A stretch of 64,000 nucleotides of DNA from Planctomycetota bacterium (GCA_965223265.1 OZ244999.1:1312001-1376000), one strand, 5' to 3'; shown: positions 29,523 to 39,707, numbered from the stretch's first letter. Numbers and translations are program-made. The notes: a model not told the origin generated them from the sequence alone.

Positions 29523-30050
29523 TCAATCCTCGTTCAGCGCCTCGAGCTCGCGGTAAAGTGCTTCTCGAAACTTCTCCATGAAACCGAGCGCGCTCGCCTT
29601 CTCGTTTCGTTTGAAACTTGAAAATACCTGCTCGATTCGTGCGTAGTAGGGCTTCAGGAGGCGTCTTAGAAGTCCTCTTGCCTTAGCGGACAACGTCAGG
29701 TGGTAGGAGCGTCGGTCTTCTGGAACCGTGCAGCGTTCCATCAAGCGACGGCGCTCCAGCGTGTCGATGAGAGTTCCAGTGCTAGCGCGATTGATCAGAA
29801 GTCTCTTGGCGAGATCCGACTGCTTGATGCCGTCATCTTCGTAATCGCGCACGATCATGAGGGCGTTGAACTGCGTTGGCGTCAGGTCGTAGCGCCTCAG
29901 AAAAGCAGCACTGACGCGCTCGAGTAGCTCGCTCGTGTGCAGGAACGACAGCAGCAGCTCCTCGTCTCGGGAAACGAAGTCGCGGTTGAGTTCGATCTCT
30001 GCCTTCAAGTTTTCTCGCAAATGATATGAAAGCATATAGTATGATTTCAT
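29523..30050 (-). CDS. MarR family transcriptional regulator
   Basis: LTPTQFNALM, QSDLAKRL, IDTLERRRLMER, EDRRS. True start may be ATG 30035 or TTG about 30020. Confidence 0.92.
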   Translation of the reverse strand: MKSYYMLSYHLRENLKAEIELNRDFVSRDEELLLSFLHTSELLERVSAAFLRRYDLTPTQFNALMIVRDYEDDGIKQSDLAKRLLINRASTGTLIDTLERRRLMERCTVPEDRRSYHLTLSAKARGLLRRLLKPYYARIEQVFSSFKRNEKASALGFMEKFREALYRELEALNED

Positions 30051-30051
30051 A
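30025..30051. promoter_or_regulatory. 27-bp AT-rich palindrome, probable MarR operator
   Basis: TATGAAA-G-CATA-TAG-TATG-A-TTTCATA overlapping the marR start region. Confidence 0.75.
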
Positions 30052-30112
30052 CAAAATGAGTGCTGACAAGAGGAATCTCGAGATTTGTCGTCAACGAATC
30101 TCGGCGTTCAAA

Positions 30113-30136
30113 GTGGCAGGCACGCTCCGCGTGCCG
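30113..30136 (+). repeat. REP-like palindrome GTGGCAGGCACGCTCCGCGTGCCG (copy 2)
   Basis: Same as 23918 with a compensatory A-T to G-C pair; degenerate inverted partner near 30207-30230. Confidence 0.7.
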
Positions 30137-30298
30137 CAGCTCGCAGACAAACGGGTAGTGCACTGGATGACCTGCGTTCACACGCGAGGTGAGACGCGAT
30201 GGCGCCACGGGCACGGAACTTGCTCGCGACCGAGCCGCTGGGTAGGCTCTCAAGTCTCGCGTTTTCACAACTTGGGCTCTACGGACGAGGAAGACGAA

Positions 30299-31957
30299 AT
30301 GTCTCGAAACGAGTTGTCCCGCCGCAGTTTTCTCGGTGCCTTTGGTCGAACGTCAGCGAGTTGCCTCGCTTTGGGCGCCATCACGCCTCGTCGTCTCTGG
30401 GCAGTTCCCCGCGGCCCAGTCAAGCCGCGCGTGGAGATTACGGTCGGATCGCGACGTCAGCTGCTCTTTGACGACTTCTTCCTCGGGCTCGGACACCCGC
30501 AGCACGATAGCTATCCGTACAACATCCGCTGGAGCCTGGGGCCTGTCGAAAAGTCACCGAACGAGACTCTCCTCATGGCCGACCAGCCGTGGGAGGACTC
30601 GTTCGCCTGGCTCTCACCGATGTACGAAGACGGTCGTTACCGGCTCTGGTATCACTTGGACAAGCAGGTCGCACGCCCCAAAGGAAAGCTGCCGCAAGGA
30701 GCGTGCGTCGGCTACGCCGAGTCGGACGACGGGCTCAACTGGCAGAAGCCACGCTACAAACTCTACGAGCGCTATGGCTACAAAGAGAACAACATCGTCT
30801 TCACCGGTGGGCCAGACTCGTGGAGCATGGAGCTGGGCAACGTTTTCAAAGACCCCGTCTCCCCAGTCTCAGAGCGCTACAAAATGCTTTACCCGACATG
30901 GGAGAGCAAACACATCTATGGCGCGGTAGAGGGGGTGCCTTATGTGGGTGAGGCCGGGGTGCTGCGCGGCGCGCATTCGCCCGACGGCATCCACTGGACG
31001 CGCTACCAGCACATTTTTTTGGGCCGCTACACAGACTCACAGAACGTGGCGACCTATGACCCGATCCTGGGCAAGTACGTCGCCTACGTGCGTACGCTGA
31101 GCAAGCACGGTGGACTTCATCTCGGTGAACATCCAGTCAAGGAAACTCGCCGTGGTCGCGCGATCGCACGGATGGAATCTGACGACTACACGCATTGGTC
31201 GTATCCGGAAGTGGCTTTCGCTGCAGATCTTCACGACGGGTTGAATGTCGACTTCTACAACCCTGGTTATTCGCGCTACGACGGCGCCGACAACGCGCAC
31301 TTTCTTTTTCCGTCGGCGCTCCATCACCGCAGCGGCAAGGCGCCGGTGCAAGTCGCTGTGAGTCGAGATAACCGCACCTGGTCGAGGCCCTGTCGTGATT
31401 CGTTCGTCGCACTTGGATCGGATGGTAGCTTCGACGACCACGGTATCTACCTCGCGCCTGGTTTTCTACCGGCGGGAAAGGACCAACTCGCTTTCTACTA
31501 CCGAGCGCATAACAACCCGCACGGCGGCGCGTTGCCGGAGCTCCAGCCTCGAGACGGCCGCACTCCAAAGGTAGGTATGGGGCGGATCCTTTTCAAACGC
31601 GACCGCATCCTCGGCATCGAGGCGGGAGACAAACCTGGGACGTTCTGGACGCGCCCTCTTCTCTTTGCCGGCCGCCGACTCGTCGTCAACGTCGAACCGA
31701 CGGGACCGAACCCGGAGCTGCGCGTGCAGCTCCTCGGGGTCGGCATCGACCCCGAGAACCGGGGCCGCTATCGCTCGCAGGACGCCGCGCCGCCGGGCTA
31801 TGGCTTTGCGGACAGCGTGCCGATCACCGAGGATTCCCTCGACGCCGTCGTGCGCTGGAAGCGTGGAGCTGAGCTTGGCGAGTGGGCAGGCAAGCCGGTG
31901 CGTCTGCACGTGCGCCTGCGCGACGTCCGCATCTACGCTTTTCAGTTTGTTGGCTGA
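30299..31957 (+). CDS. Tat-exported GH32/GH43-like beta-propeller protein
   Basis: SRRSFL Tat motif; VGSRRQLLFDD, YRLWY, SDDGLNWQKP, DSQNV; C-terminal GKPVRLHVRLRDVRIYAFQF shared with the paralogs. Confidence 0.82.
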   Translation: MSRNELSRRSFLGAFGRTSASCLALGAITPRRLWAVPRGPVKPRVEITVGSRRQLLFDDFFLGLGHPQHDSYPYNIRWSLGPVEKSPNETLLMADQPWEDSFAWLSPMYEDGRYRLWYHLDKQVARPKGKLPQGACVGYAESDDGLNWQKPRYKLYERYGYKENNIVFTGGPDSWSMELGNVFKDPVSPVSERYKMLYPTWESKHIYGAVEGVPYVGEAGVLRGAHSPDGIHWTRYQHIFLGRYTDSQNVATYDPILGKYVAYVRTLSKHGGLHLGEHPVKETRRGRAIARMESDDYTHWSYPEVAFAADLHDGLNVDFYNPGYSRYDGADNAHFLFPSALHHRSGKAPVQVAVSRDNRTWSRPCRDSFVALGSDGSFDDHGIYLAPGFLPAGKDQLAFYYRAHNNPHGGALPELQPRDGRTPKVGMGRILFKRDRILGIEAGDKPGTFWTRPLLFAGRRLVVNVEPTGPNPELRVQLLGVGIDPENRGRYRSQDAAPPGYGFADSVPITEDSLDAVVRWKRGAELGEWAGKPVRLHVRLRDVRIYAFQFVG

Positions 31958-31980
31958 TCGACCCGCGTTGCGGCTCGCCG

Positions 31981-33432
31981 CTATCCGAATAGATGCTTCA
32001 GCGCGCTGCCGTTTTCAACGAGGGGAACCGGCCTGCCGTCGCGCGATGTGAACGGCATGTGCGGATCGAGGCCGAACGCGTGGTAGATCGTCGCCGCGAG
32101 GTCTTCTGGGCTCGTCGGATCCTCCGCCGGATAGGCGGCGTACTTGTCGGAGCGTCCGTGCACCGCACCGCCGCGAATGCCGGCGCCGGCGAGAAGCGCG
32201 GGGAAGCAATGCGTCCAGTGACCGCGACCCCAGTTCGCGTTGCCCTTTGGCGTGCGCCCCATCTCGCCGACTGCGACGACGAGCGTCTCGTCGAGGAGAC
32301 CGCGTTCATGGAGATCTGTCAGCAGCGCTGAGTACGCCTGGTCCAGTCCAGGCAGCAGGTGTTTCTTGAGGTCGTGGCTATTGCGGTGCGAATCCCAGCT
32401 GTAGCCGTCGGGCGCATCCCAGGTCACCGTCACGAACCGCGAACCTGCTTCGATGAGTCGTCGCCCCATGAGGACGGACTGGCCGAAGAGATGGCGGCCA
32501 TAGCGCTCGCGCGTCGCTTCGGATTCGAGGCGGATATCCAGCGCCGTTCTGATTTCCTGCGACGTCGCTAGCTCGAGCGCCCGCCGACGGATCTTGCCGA
32601 GCGCGTCCACATTGTCGCTGGCGTCCAGTGAGCGCTGCGCACTCTCGAACTGCTCGAGAAGTGATCGCCGCCTGGCGAAGCGATCGAGTCGCATCTCCGA
32701 ACGCGGCGTCAGTCCTTTGAGCTGGAAGTCGAGCTCATCCTCCGTGCAATTGCGGAAGAACGGATTGTCGTTCTCGTCGCGGCGTTCGATGCCCGTCGCC
32801 AGGGCATTGTAACCCCTGCCCAACCAGCCAGCGTATTGACCGCCGCGATCGATGCCCTGCAGCGCTCCGAGGCGATTCGGCAGGTACATATAGTCTGGGA
32901 GCTTGCGCGCCTGGCCATCGTAGCGCTGTGAGAGGTACTCGATGACCGAGCCCATCGCCGGCCACTCGTCCGCGCCGATCGGAGTCTCGTCCGGGGTCGG
33001 TCCGAACCGCGCTGGATGCGGGCGACCGGTCTGGATGTAGTGAACGCTGCCGTGATCGTTGTAGGGATGGTTCAGCGTCCGAATGACCGCGAGTTTGTCC
33101 GTCAGCTTTGCGATCCGCGGCAAATGCTCCGACACGATCAATCCTGGCGTGCGCGATGGGATCGGTTGGAACGGCCCGCGGATCGAGGTCGGCGCCTCCG
33201 GCTTCATGTCGAAGGTCTCGAGCTGACTCGGCCCACCAAAAAGCAGGAGGAAGAGGACCGACTTCGCCCGCCCGCTTTGGAACGGAGTCGCTGCATTCGC
33301 GGCGACTGCTTCTTCCGCAGCCAAGAGCTTCGAGAGGCTCATGCCGAACAGACCTGCCCCTGCGGCTTGCAAGACTTCGCGACGTGTGAGTCCACTACAG
33401 ACGCGCTGTCGGGATCCCGAAATCGTCAGCAT
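31981..33432 (-). CDS. DUF1501 domain protein with Tat signal
   Basis: TRREVL; GGPSQLETFDMKP; WDSH; GEMGRTP; GRGHW; AGGAGG RBS. Confidence 0.93.
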   Translation of the reverse strand: MLTISGSRQRVCSGLTRREVLQAAGAGLFGMSLSKLLAAEEAVAANAATPFQSGRAKSVLFLLLFGGPSQLETFDMKPEAPTSIRGPFQPIPSRTPGLIVSEHLPRIAKLTDKLAVIRTLNHPYNDHGSVHYIQTGRPHPARFGPTPDETPIGADEWPAMGSVIEYLSQRYDGQARKLPDYMYLPNRLGALQGIDRGGQYAGWLGRGYNALATGIERRDENDNPFFRNCTEDELDFQLKGLTPRSEMRLDRFARRRSLLEQFESAQRSLDASDNVDALGKIRRRALELATSQEIRTALDIRLESEATRERYGRHLFGQSVLMGRRLIEAGSRFVTVTWDAPDGYSWDSHRNSHDLKKHLLPGLDQAYSALLTDLHERGLLDETLVVAVGEMGRTPKGNANWGRGHWTHCFPALLAGAGIRGGAVHGRSDKYAAYPAEDPTSPEDLAATIYHAFGLDPHMPFTSRDGRPVPLVENGSALKHLFG

Positions 33433-33697
33433 CGCAACCTCCTGAGATCGGACCGCATCAGAAGCGACGCCTCATGTTAACCCCGCGGCGCTAAGTTCCA
33501 CAACAGCGGTGCTCTCCCCTCACGGCCCCGGCACGGAGTGCATGGCGGGTCGGCCTGCCGCCTGCGATTCGCCATCGGCCTCGGACCCGCCTGGTACGAT
33601 CGAAATGCACCCCAAAGTGACGTACGACGTGAGGCGAGAGCGCCGGTCGCGGCCCTTCGTCAGCGCGCACGCACCGCAGCGCGACCCCGCCGGTCCC

Positions 33698-33726
33698 TTG
33701 ACGCGGGTGAGCGGCCGCGGGACAAT
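33698..33726 (+). promoter_or_regulatory. Sigma70-type promoter for the DUF1501 gene at 33768
   Basis: TTGACG-17 nt-GACAAT, about 40 nt upstream of the ATG. Confidence 0.55.
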
Positions 33727-33767
33727 ACGCTTCTGCCGAAGAACCAACCTTCTGAGCGGAGTGAACC

Positions 33768-35282
33768 ATGCGCAATGCGAACTGGTCTCACGCGACAATC
33801 TCGCGCCGAACAGCCATCCAGGCGGGTGCGGTAGGGCTGCTCGGACTAGGCTCCAACCACCTCCGTGGGCTTCAGGCCGCGGCGGCCGACGAGAGCGCTC
33901 CGCGCCCGACAGCCAAGTCATGCATCTATATCTTCCTCTCGGGAGGGTTGGCCCAACACGACAGCTTCGACATGAAGCCGGACGCGCCGGCCGAGATTCG
34001 CGGCGAGTTCAATCCGATTTCGACCAAGACGCCGGGAGTCCAGATCTGCGAACACCTGCCGATGCTCGCCGCACGGAGTGACAAATGGGCATTGGTCCGG
34101 TCACTCACGCATCCGACGAACGGGCATACGAAGGGGCATTTCTTCATGCTGACAGGCCGCAGCGAAGCGCCTCCCGGCTTCGCGGGCGACCGACGTCCTC
34201 GCCCGACGGACTGGCCGTCGATTGCTTCCGTCGTTGGCGATGTGGTGCGACAGCAAGACTCGCACCGCGCAGCATCTGGTAGCGCAGCAAATGATCGACA
34301 GCCCAAGAACAACTTGCCGCCGGCCGTCGTGTTGCCGGAACGGCTCGTGCATTGGTCAGGTGGCGTCATTCCAGGTGCGTACGGTGGGATGATGGGGCGA
34401 CATCGCGACCCGTTCTTCGTGGAGGCGACTTCCTACGGAGATCCGTTCTGGCGCGGCGCCTATCCCGAGTACACGTTTCACCAGCTACCCAAGAAAACTC
34501 CAACTTCCGCTCCGCCAACGGTGTTTCAGGCGCCGAGCCTCAAGCTGGTCGCCGACATGAGCACGCGGCGCTTTCGCGGACGGCTGCATCTGTTGGACGC
34601 GTTGAACGCCCAGCGACGGGAGCTGGCAGAATCTGCCGCCGTCGAGATGTACGACAAACATCGACAGTCCGCTATTTCTCTGCTGGACAGCGCAGAGGTC
34701 GAGCGGGCCATCAATGTGACGAACGCAGATGAGAAGATGCAGGAGCGATATGGTAAGAACAGTTTTGGCTGGTCGCTCTTGATGGCGTTTCGATTGGTCG
34801 AGGCAGGGGTCAATCTTGTGCAAGTGAATCTTGGCAACAACGAAGCGTGGGACACACACGGCGACGCTTTCTGGCGTCTACGCGAAAAACTTCTGCCACC
34901 TACTGACCGCGCACTTTCCGCGCTGCTTGACGATCTCGACGCTAACGGACTCCTCGACAGCACAATGGTTGTCATGGGCGGCGAGTTTGGTCGAACTCCC
35001 AAACTTTCCGTGCTGCCCGAACACTACAGAGCACCCGGCCGCGATCACTGGGGGGCGGCGCAGACGCTGTTCTTCGCTGGCGGCGGCGTCCGCGGCGGAA
35101 CCGTGATTGGCGCCACGGACAAAACCGGCGCCTACCCGGCCCACAGCCCGCAGCGACCTGAGAACATGGCGGCGACGATTTATCAGGCGCTGGGGATTCC
35201 GCGGAGCACGGTTTGGTACGACGAGGTCGACCGTCCGCATCACGTGTATCACGGCGAACCGATTGCGGGATTGATGGCGTAG
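33768..35282 (+). CDS. DUF1501 domain protein with Tat-like signal
   Basis: SRRTAI; GGLAQHDSFDMKP; WDTHG; GEFGRTP; GRDHW. Confidence 0.93.
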   Translation: MRNANWSHATISRRTAIQAGAVGLLGLGSNHLRGLQAAAADESAPRPTAKSCIYIFLSGGLAQHDSFDMKPDAPAEIRGEFNPISTKTPGVQICEHLPMLAARSDKWALVRSLTHPTNGHTKGHFFMLTGRSEAPPGFAGDRRPRPTDWPSIASVVGDVVRQQDSHRAASGSAANDRQPKNNLPPAVVLPERLVHWSGGVIPGAYGGMMGRHRDPFFVEATSYGDPFWRGAYPEYTFHQLPKKTPTSAPPTVFQAPSLKLVADMSTRRFRGRLHLLDALNAQRRELAESAAVEMYDKHRQSAISLLDSAEVERAINVTNADEKMQERYGKNSFGWSLLMAFRLVEAGVNLVQVNLGNNEAWDTHGDAFWRLREKLLPPTDRALSALLDDLDANGLLDSTMVVMGGEFGRTPKLSVLPEHYRAPGRDHWGAAQTLFFAGGGVRGGTVIGATDKTGAYPAHSPQRPENMAATIYQALGIPRSTVWYDEVDRPHHVYHGEPIAGLMA

Positions 35283-35786
35283 GCCTCCGGCCGTCGCGGC
35301 TATCACTCGTGCGTCTTCTCTACTTCTTCGAGAAGTGATCCGCGAGTACCTCACGACTGTCATGCCCCGGGGTCATAGTCCATTAAAGAAGAGACGTCGG
35401 GAGAGAGCGCAAGAAAACCTTCAACAGAAGGAAACGATGGGCAACGAAGAGGCGTTCGGAGAATAGAATTCCTTCTTGGTCTTCCTCGTGGACTGATCGG
35501 TCGCACCGATTCAGTTTTTTCACCGGTGAGGCTAGCAACGGCTTTGCGGCGCCGAAGCTTCTCGGAAGGAATTCCGCACCGTCTCGACTCCAGACGTGAA
35601 CTGTTGCGGAGGAAGCGACCAGCCACCGTTGGAGTTTGCGGCATAGGAGTGGCGTCTTCTCCTAATCTTCAACGTCGCCGAATTCACCCGCCTTCACCAC
35701 GAGTCGTTGACCGCGTCCCGTCGCCAAGCCAGCGTCGTCACTTATAGCTCTTCGCGGCAGAACAACGTGACGGAGATGAGACACCT

Positions 35787-37040
35787 GTGAAGCGAATTCG
35801 CTACCTCGACGCGCTGCGGGGCGTCGCAATTTTCGGGATACTCCCCGCGAACATCGCCATGTTTGGCCTTCCGCTGTCGACGTACACCGATCCGGCGTGG
35901 CCTACGGGCGGCTCAGCGCGCGAGTTGGTCGCGTTTGGCTTCGTTCGCTTTTTCTTTGATTACAAATTCATCACCTTGTTTTCACTCTTGTTTGGCGCCG
36001 GGCTGATGATCGTGCGACTTCGGGCGGACGCGACAGGGAGGTCTGTGCCAGGCCTCGTGGTGCGTCGTCTTTTGGCGCTGTGGCTATTTGGGATCGGGCA
36101 CGCGGTGTTGCTGTGGTTTGGCGATATCGTTTCGTACTACGCTCCAATTGGCTTGCTACTTGTGTGGGCTGGGAAATGGGAGGTCAAGACCCTGAAGATC
36201 GTAGGACTCGGGCTCCTGCTCGTTCCTGCCGTGTTCATGATCATCGCAATCCCAGTGGTGTTCGCAATCCAAGACGATCCGCGGTTCGCCGAAGTATTCG
36301 CGGGAACGGGCGACGCGACTTTCGGGGGCGACTACCAAGCGGGGTCGGCCCTCGGCGACTGGGGGAGCTTCTTCAAGTCTTTCGAGCATTGGGGCCCCGG
36401 TCTCGAGACGGACGTGTATCGCGAGGGTGGGTTCGCCCGCATTACGATCATCCGGGTTTTGCACTGGTTCATCGGCTTGTTTATGTTCGGCATCTACTTC
36501 GCGTGGCGCATCGGAGGGCTGTTCTTACTTGGAATGGCGTTCGTGAAGAGCGGCCTGCTGCGCGAGCCGGAAAAGCACCTCGGCACGTTCAAGCGGGCGG
36601 CAACCCTCGGGCTGATCGTGGGCCTGCCGCTCCACATCGCCAACCTCGCGCTGTCCCTTGCACCCCACGTGAGCGCGGGCTGGACTGTCGTCGCCGAACT
36701 CTGTCTCTATATCGGGAGCTTCGGCTTCTCGGCTGCGATTGCGGGCACGATCGCGTGGCTCGTGGCGCGTCCGAAGTTTCCGGGATGGCTCGTTCCGTTC
36801 GAGGCGATCGGCCGCACTGCTTTCACAAACTACCTGCTGCAATCGCTCGTCTGCACGACGATCTTTTACAGCTATGGGCTCGGCTACTTTGCGACTTGGG
36901 ATCGCTCACAACTTTGGCTCGTCGTCGCCGGAGTCTGGGCGGCGCAGCTCTCAATCAGTCCGCTGTGGATCTACCGTTACAGGACTGGGCCCGTGGAGTG
37001 GGCGTGGCGTAATCTGGCGTACGTCGGTATGAAGAAGTAA
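35787..37040 (+). CDS. DUF418 (YeiB-like) membrane protein
   Basis: RIRYLDALRGVAIFGIL, KFITLFSLLFGAG, WFGDI, GRTAFTNYLLQS, GPVEWAWR. Confidence 0.92.
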   Translation: MKRIRYLDALRGVAIFGILPANIAMFGLPLSTYTDPAWPTGGSARELVAFGFVRFFFDYKFITLFSLLFGAGLMIVRLRADATGRSVPGLVVRRLLALWLFGIGHAVLLWFGDIVSYYAPIGLLLVWAGKWEVKTLKIVGLGLLLVPAVFMIIAIPVVFAIQDDPRFAEVFAGTGDATFGGDYQAGSALGDWGSFFKSFEHWGPGLETDVYREGGFARITIIRVLHWFIGLFMFGIYFAWRIGGLFLLGMAFVKSGLLREPEKHLGTFKRAATLGLIVGLPLHIANLALSLAPHVSAGWTVVAELCLYIGSFGFSAAIAGTIAWLVARPKFPGWLVPFEAIGRTAFTNYLLQSLVCTTIFYSYGLGYFATWDRSQLWLVVAGVWAAQLSISPLWIYRYRTGPVEWAWRNLAYVGMKK

Positions 37041-37230
37041 GCCGTTCGTTCACCGAGTTTCGAGTTTCTGCTGGTCCTGAGGCTATGCGCAGTCACACGG
37101 CCAGGAGCACGTCCAGGCGAGACGGAATAACATCTGCGATCCCGAGTCGAAAGCAGATCCTTGTGACGGTCGCGGCGAGCTGCTAAGTTCGTCGACCTAT
37201 TGACGCATCGCTGCGGAGAGGTGAATCGCT

Positions 37231-39144
37231 GTGACGGACGGGGAACGCTACTCGTTGGGGTGGAAGGCGGCGTACTGCGCCTTGTCCGCGTCGCTCATGG
37301 GGTTTGCGTGGGGCTATCGGGGGACGGTTGGGCATGAGGCGGGGGCAATGGTGCCGGGGGCGCTGCTGGGACTCGCGCTGTGCATCGGTGCGCCCCGGGC
37401 GGACTGGCATCGCCGCGGCGCGGTGGCTGGGCTCTTCGGTGCGGCGGGCTGGGCATGGGGCGGCTCGCTGAGCTACATGGAGCACACGTTCTACGTCGCG
37501 TCCGATTCATTCCCCGACATCCTCTACGGCTACGCGATGCTGTTCTTCTTGGGCGCGCTTTGGGCAGGGTGCGGCGGAGCGATCTTGGGGATGGCGTTCA
37601 CTCTGTCGCGCTCCGATCTCGCGATGTATGCGCGGGTCTTTGCATTCGTGAGCGGACTCTTTTTCGTTTCGTATGTCGTATTTCGACTCAATCCCGAGCT
37701 CGCCGAAGCGAATGAAACCTTGACGGTGCGCCATTTCCACGACGGAGATTGGCTCTCGGCGACGCTGACGATCGTGGCTGGCGCCGTCTACTGGTTCGTT
37801 CGTCCCCGAGATCGCGCTGCGACGAAACTGTTCCTCGCTGCGGCGATCGGTTGGTGGATCGGATACGGCGTTTTGACCCAAGGGCTCGGCCTTCGCCTTG
37901 CCCCATGGCACCGCAGCGAAAGCTGGAGCGGTGTCCTCGGTGTCCTCGTCGTCCTGGCCGTCCACCACGTACGTACGCGCAACACTGCCGCGCTCCTCCT
38001 TTGTCGGTATGGAGTTCTCGGCGGCGGCATCGCCTTTGCTGTGGCCGTCTTTCTGCGTCATCCGGCCATGGCGAACTGGGGTGTCTTTGCAGAGTGGCCT
38101 TTCTTCGCGGGTTGGCGATTCTCCGAAGTCTCCTTTGGCGTGCTCATGGGCGGCGCCATGGCCCTCGGCGCCATGCGTCTCATCCAGGGAGGCATCCACG
38201 TCGCGAGGGACGACGGTCCTCGAGTGGGGCTGGACGTCTTTGCGGTGTTCGCGATCTTGATTGCGTTGCCGTGGATGAACTTTCGCCGCCATCTCGTGCG
38301 CTGGATCCGCGCAACGCCAGGATCGACCGAACCCGGTTTCTTAGGTCTGAGCGTGGTAGCCTGGATCCTCATCGTGGCAGCAGCCTTGTCGATGCTTGGA
38401 GGCTACATCCTGTACCGCTATTACCGCGGCGACAGAACCCTCGTCCCCGCATCGGCCTTGGGAAAGGCCGCGGCGCTCACGCTCATCGCCACATGGCTGA
38501 ACGTGGTCGGCCAACTGTTCGATGGCCTACCCAATCGGGGCGTCTTGTTCGGACATCTCTTGCTGTGGATTCCTGCTCTGATCGGCTCCGCGCTGGTCAT
38601 CGTTTTCGCGACGGAAAGACGACACCGTGGGGCGGCCACGGAAACGGTTGAGCCAGCCGACTCGCGTTGGCGGGTCGGCATCGGCCACTATCTCGTCTGC
38701 GGTTTTGTTCCAGTGCTCCTCCTCGGTCTGGCGGGAATGAATGCCTCCATGCAGGAGGCACCCCTGGGCGGCCATGCGCGAAAGCGGTTCGGTCCGGATG
38801 CGTACCATGTGAAGACCGGACGACTGATTGGCACGTGGACCTGTCTAAAACGGGTTCGCGACGCCGACGACCTGGAAGCACTGCCGGACCCACCGCCGCT
38901 CGGGACTCTCTCGTTCGACGCGTATCGCAATGTGATCGCCACGCTCGTCGACGGCAGCGAGGTCGCGGCCCACCGGTGGTCGCTGATGAATCAGTACACC
39001 TGGCTCGATTGGTACGACCGCGCGCCGGATCATGCCGAGAAGGGGCGGGCTCCGCTTCGTTTTGAAGGTGAGTCGCTCTTGATCGAGTGGCCCCCGGGCG
39101 ACGGAGGGGACGGGTTTCTGCTGTTTCGCCGCGTTGCGGATTAA
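37231..39144 (+). CDS. Hypothetical polytopic membrane protein with a soluble C-terminal domain
   Basis: 637-aa ORF with many TM segments; WGYRGTVGHEAGAMVPG and GGSLSYM; GAGG RBS. Confidence 0.8.
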   Translation: MTDGERYSLGWKAAYCALSASLMGFAWGYRGTVGHEAGAMVPGALLGLALCIGAPRADWHRRGAVAGLFGAAGWAWGGSLSYMEHTFYVASDSFPDILYGYAMLFFLGALWAGCGGAILGMAFTLSRSDLAMYARVFAFVSGLFFVSYVVFRLNPELAEANETLTVRHFHDGDWLSATLTIVAGAVYWFVRPRDRAATKLFLAAAIGWWIGYGVLTQGLGLRLAPWHRSESWSGVLGVLVVLAVHHVRTRNTAALLLCRYGVLGGGIAFAVAVFLRHPAMANWGVFAEWPFFAGWRFSEVSFGVLMGGAMALGAMRLIQGGIHVARDDGPRVGLDVFAVFAILIALPWMNFRRHLVRWIRATPGSTEPGFLGLSVVAWILIVAAALSMLGGYILYRYYRGDRTLVPASALGKAAALTLIATWLNVVGQLFDGLPNRGVLFGHLLLWIPALIGSALVIVFATERRHRGAATETVEPADSRWRVGIGHYLVCGFVPVLLLGLAGMNASMQEAPLGGHARKRFGPDAYHVKTGRLIGTWTCLKRVRDADDLEALPDPPPLGTLSFDAYRNVIATLVDGSEVAAHRWSLMNQYTWLDWYDRAPDHAEKGRAPLRFEGESLLIEWPPGDGGDGFLLFRRVAD

Positions 39145-39399
39145 CCCCAACACTGGCGCGCCTTGCGCGTTTGCGCGAGAAAAAGAGGATCGCGCCAAGC
39201 CCGCGAAGCTCGCACTCGCAACCGCTGTCCTGCTTTGAGCGATTCTTGAGTCACCGCGCGTGTACCGAGTAGAACGGGAATTTCGTTGCCCGGCACTCGG
39301 CTGCGACTCGTCGAGACGATGCTCCCGGTACTCATCGAGTTGGGCGTCTCGGGACTGCACGTTGTCACAGCCGAAGCACAGACCCCTCCCTGAGTGGGG

Positions 39400-39645
39400 T
39401 TGTTCAGAGGCAGCTGCTTCGAATGAACAAAATCCAAGTCCGACCCGGGCAGACATGACGGATGTAGAAAGTCGCAGGATCAAGCACCGGGAGGAGTGCA
39501 GGCCCTTCGCCGCAAGTGTGCCTCTTGAAATCGCTTCGTCGATCGTCGATCTTCGAACTCGTTGGGACGTGTCTCCCTACATGCAATTCGTGGTCCCTGT
39601 CCGTGGAACTGCCCAGGACAGGTTCCCAGCGGTGGTCCACTTGGT
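39400..39645 (+). pseudogene. Decayed C-terminal fragment of a NodU/CmcH carbamoyltransferase
   Basis: PTRADMTDVESRRIKHREECRPFAASV...SPYMQFVVPVR...FPAVVH resembles the family pattern DPR...IKxRExFRPFAPSV...SPYM...PAVxH. Confidence 0.65.
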
Positions 39646-39707
39646 ACCTGTAGAGTTCAGACAGATGCGTATCCGCCCCGTGCAGCTTGGCTGTGAGGAC
39701 ATTGCAA

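Noticed and set aside
35455-35640. Possible second RAYT transposase tail on the minus strand (…PRGRPRR)
   Set aside because: Similarity is limited to a short basic motif; too weak to call without a search.
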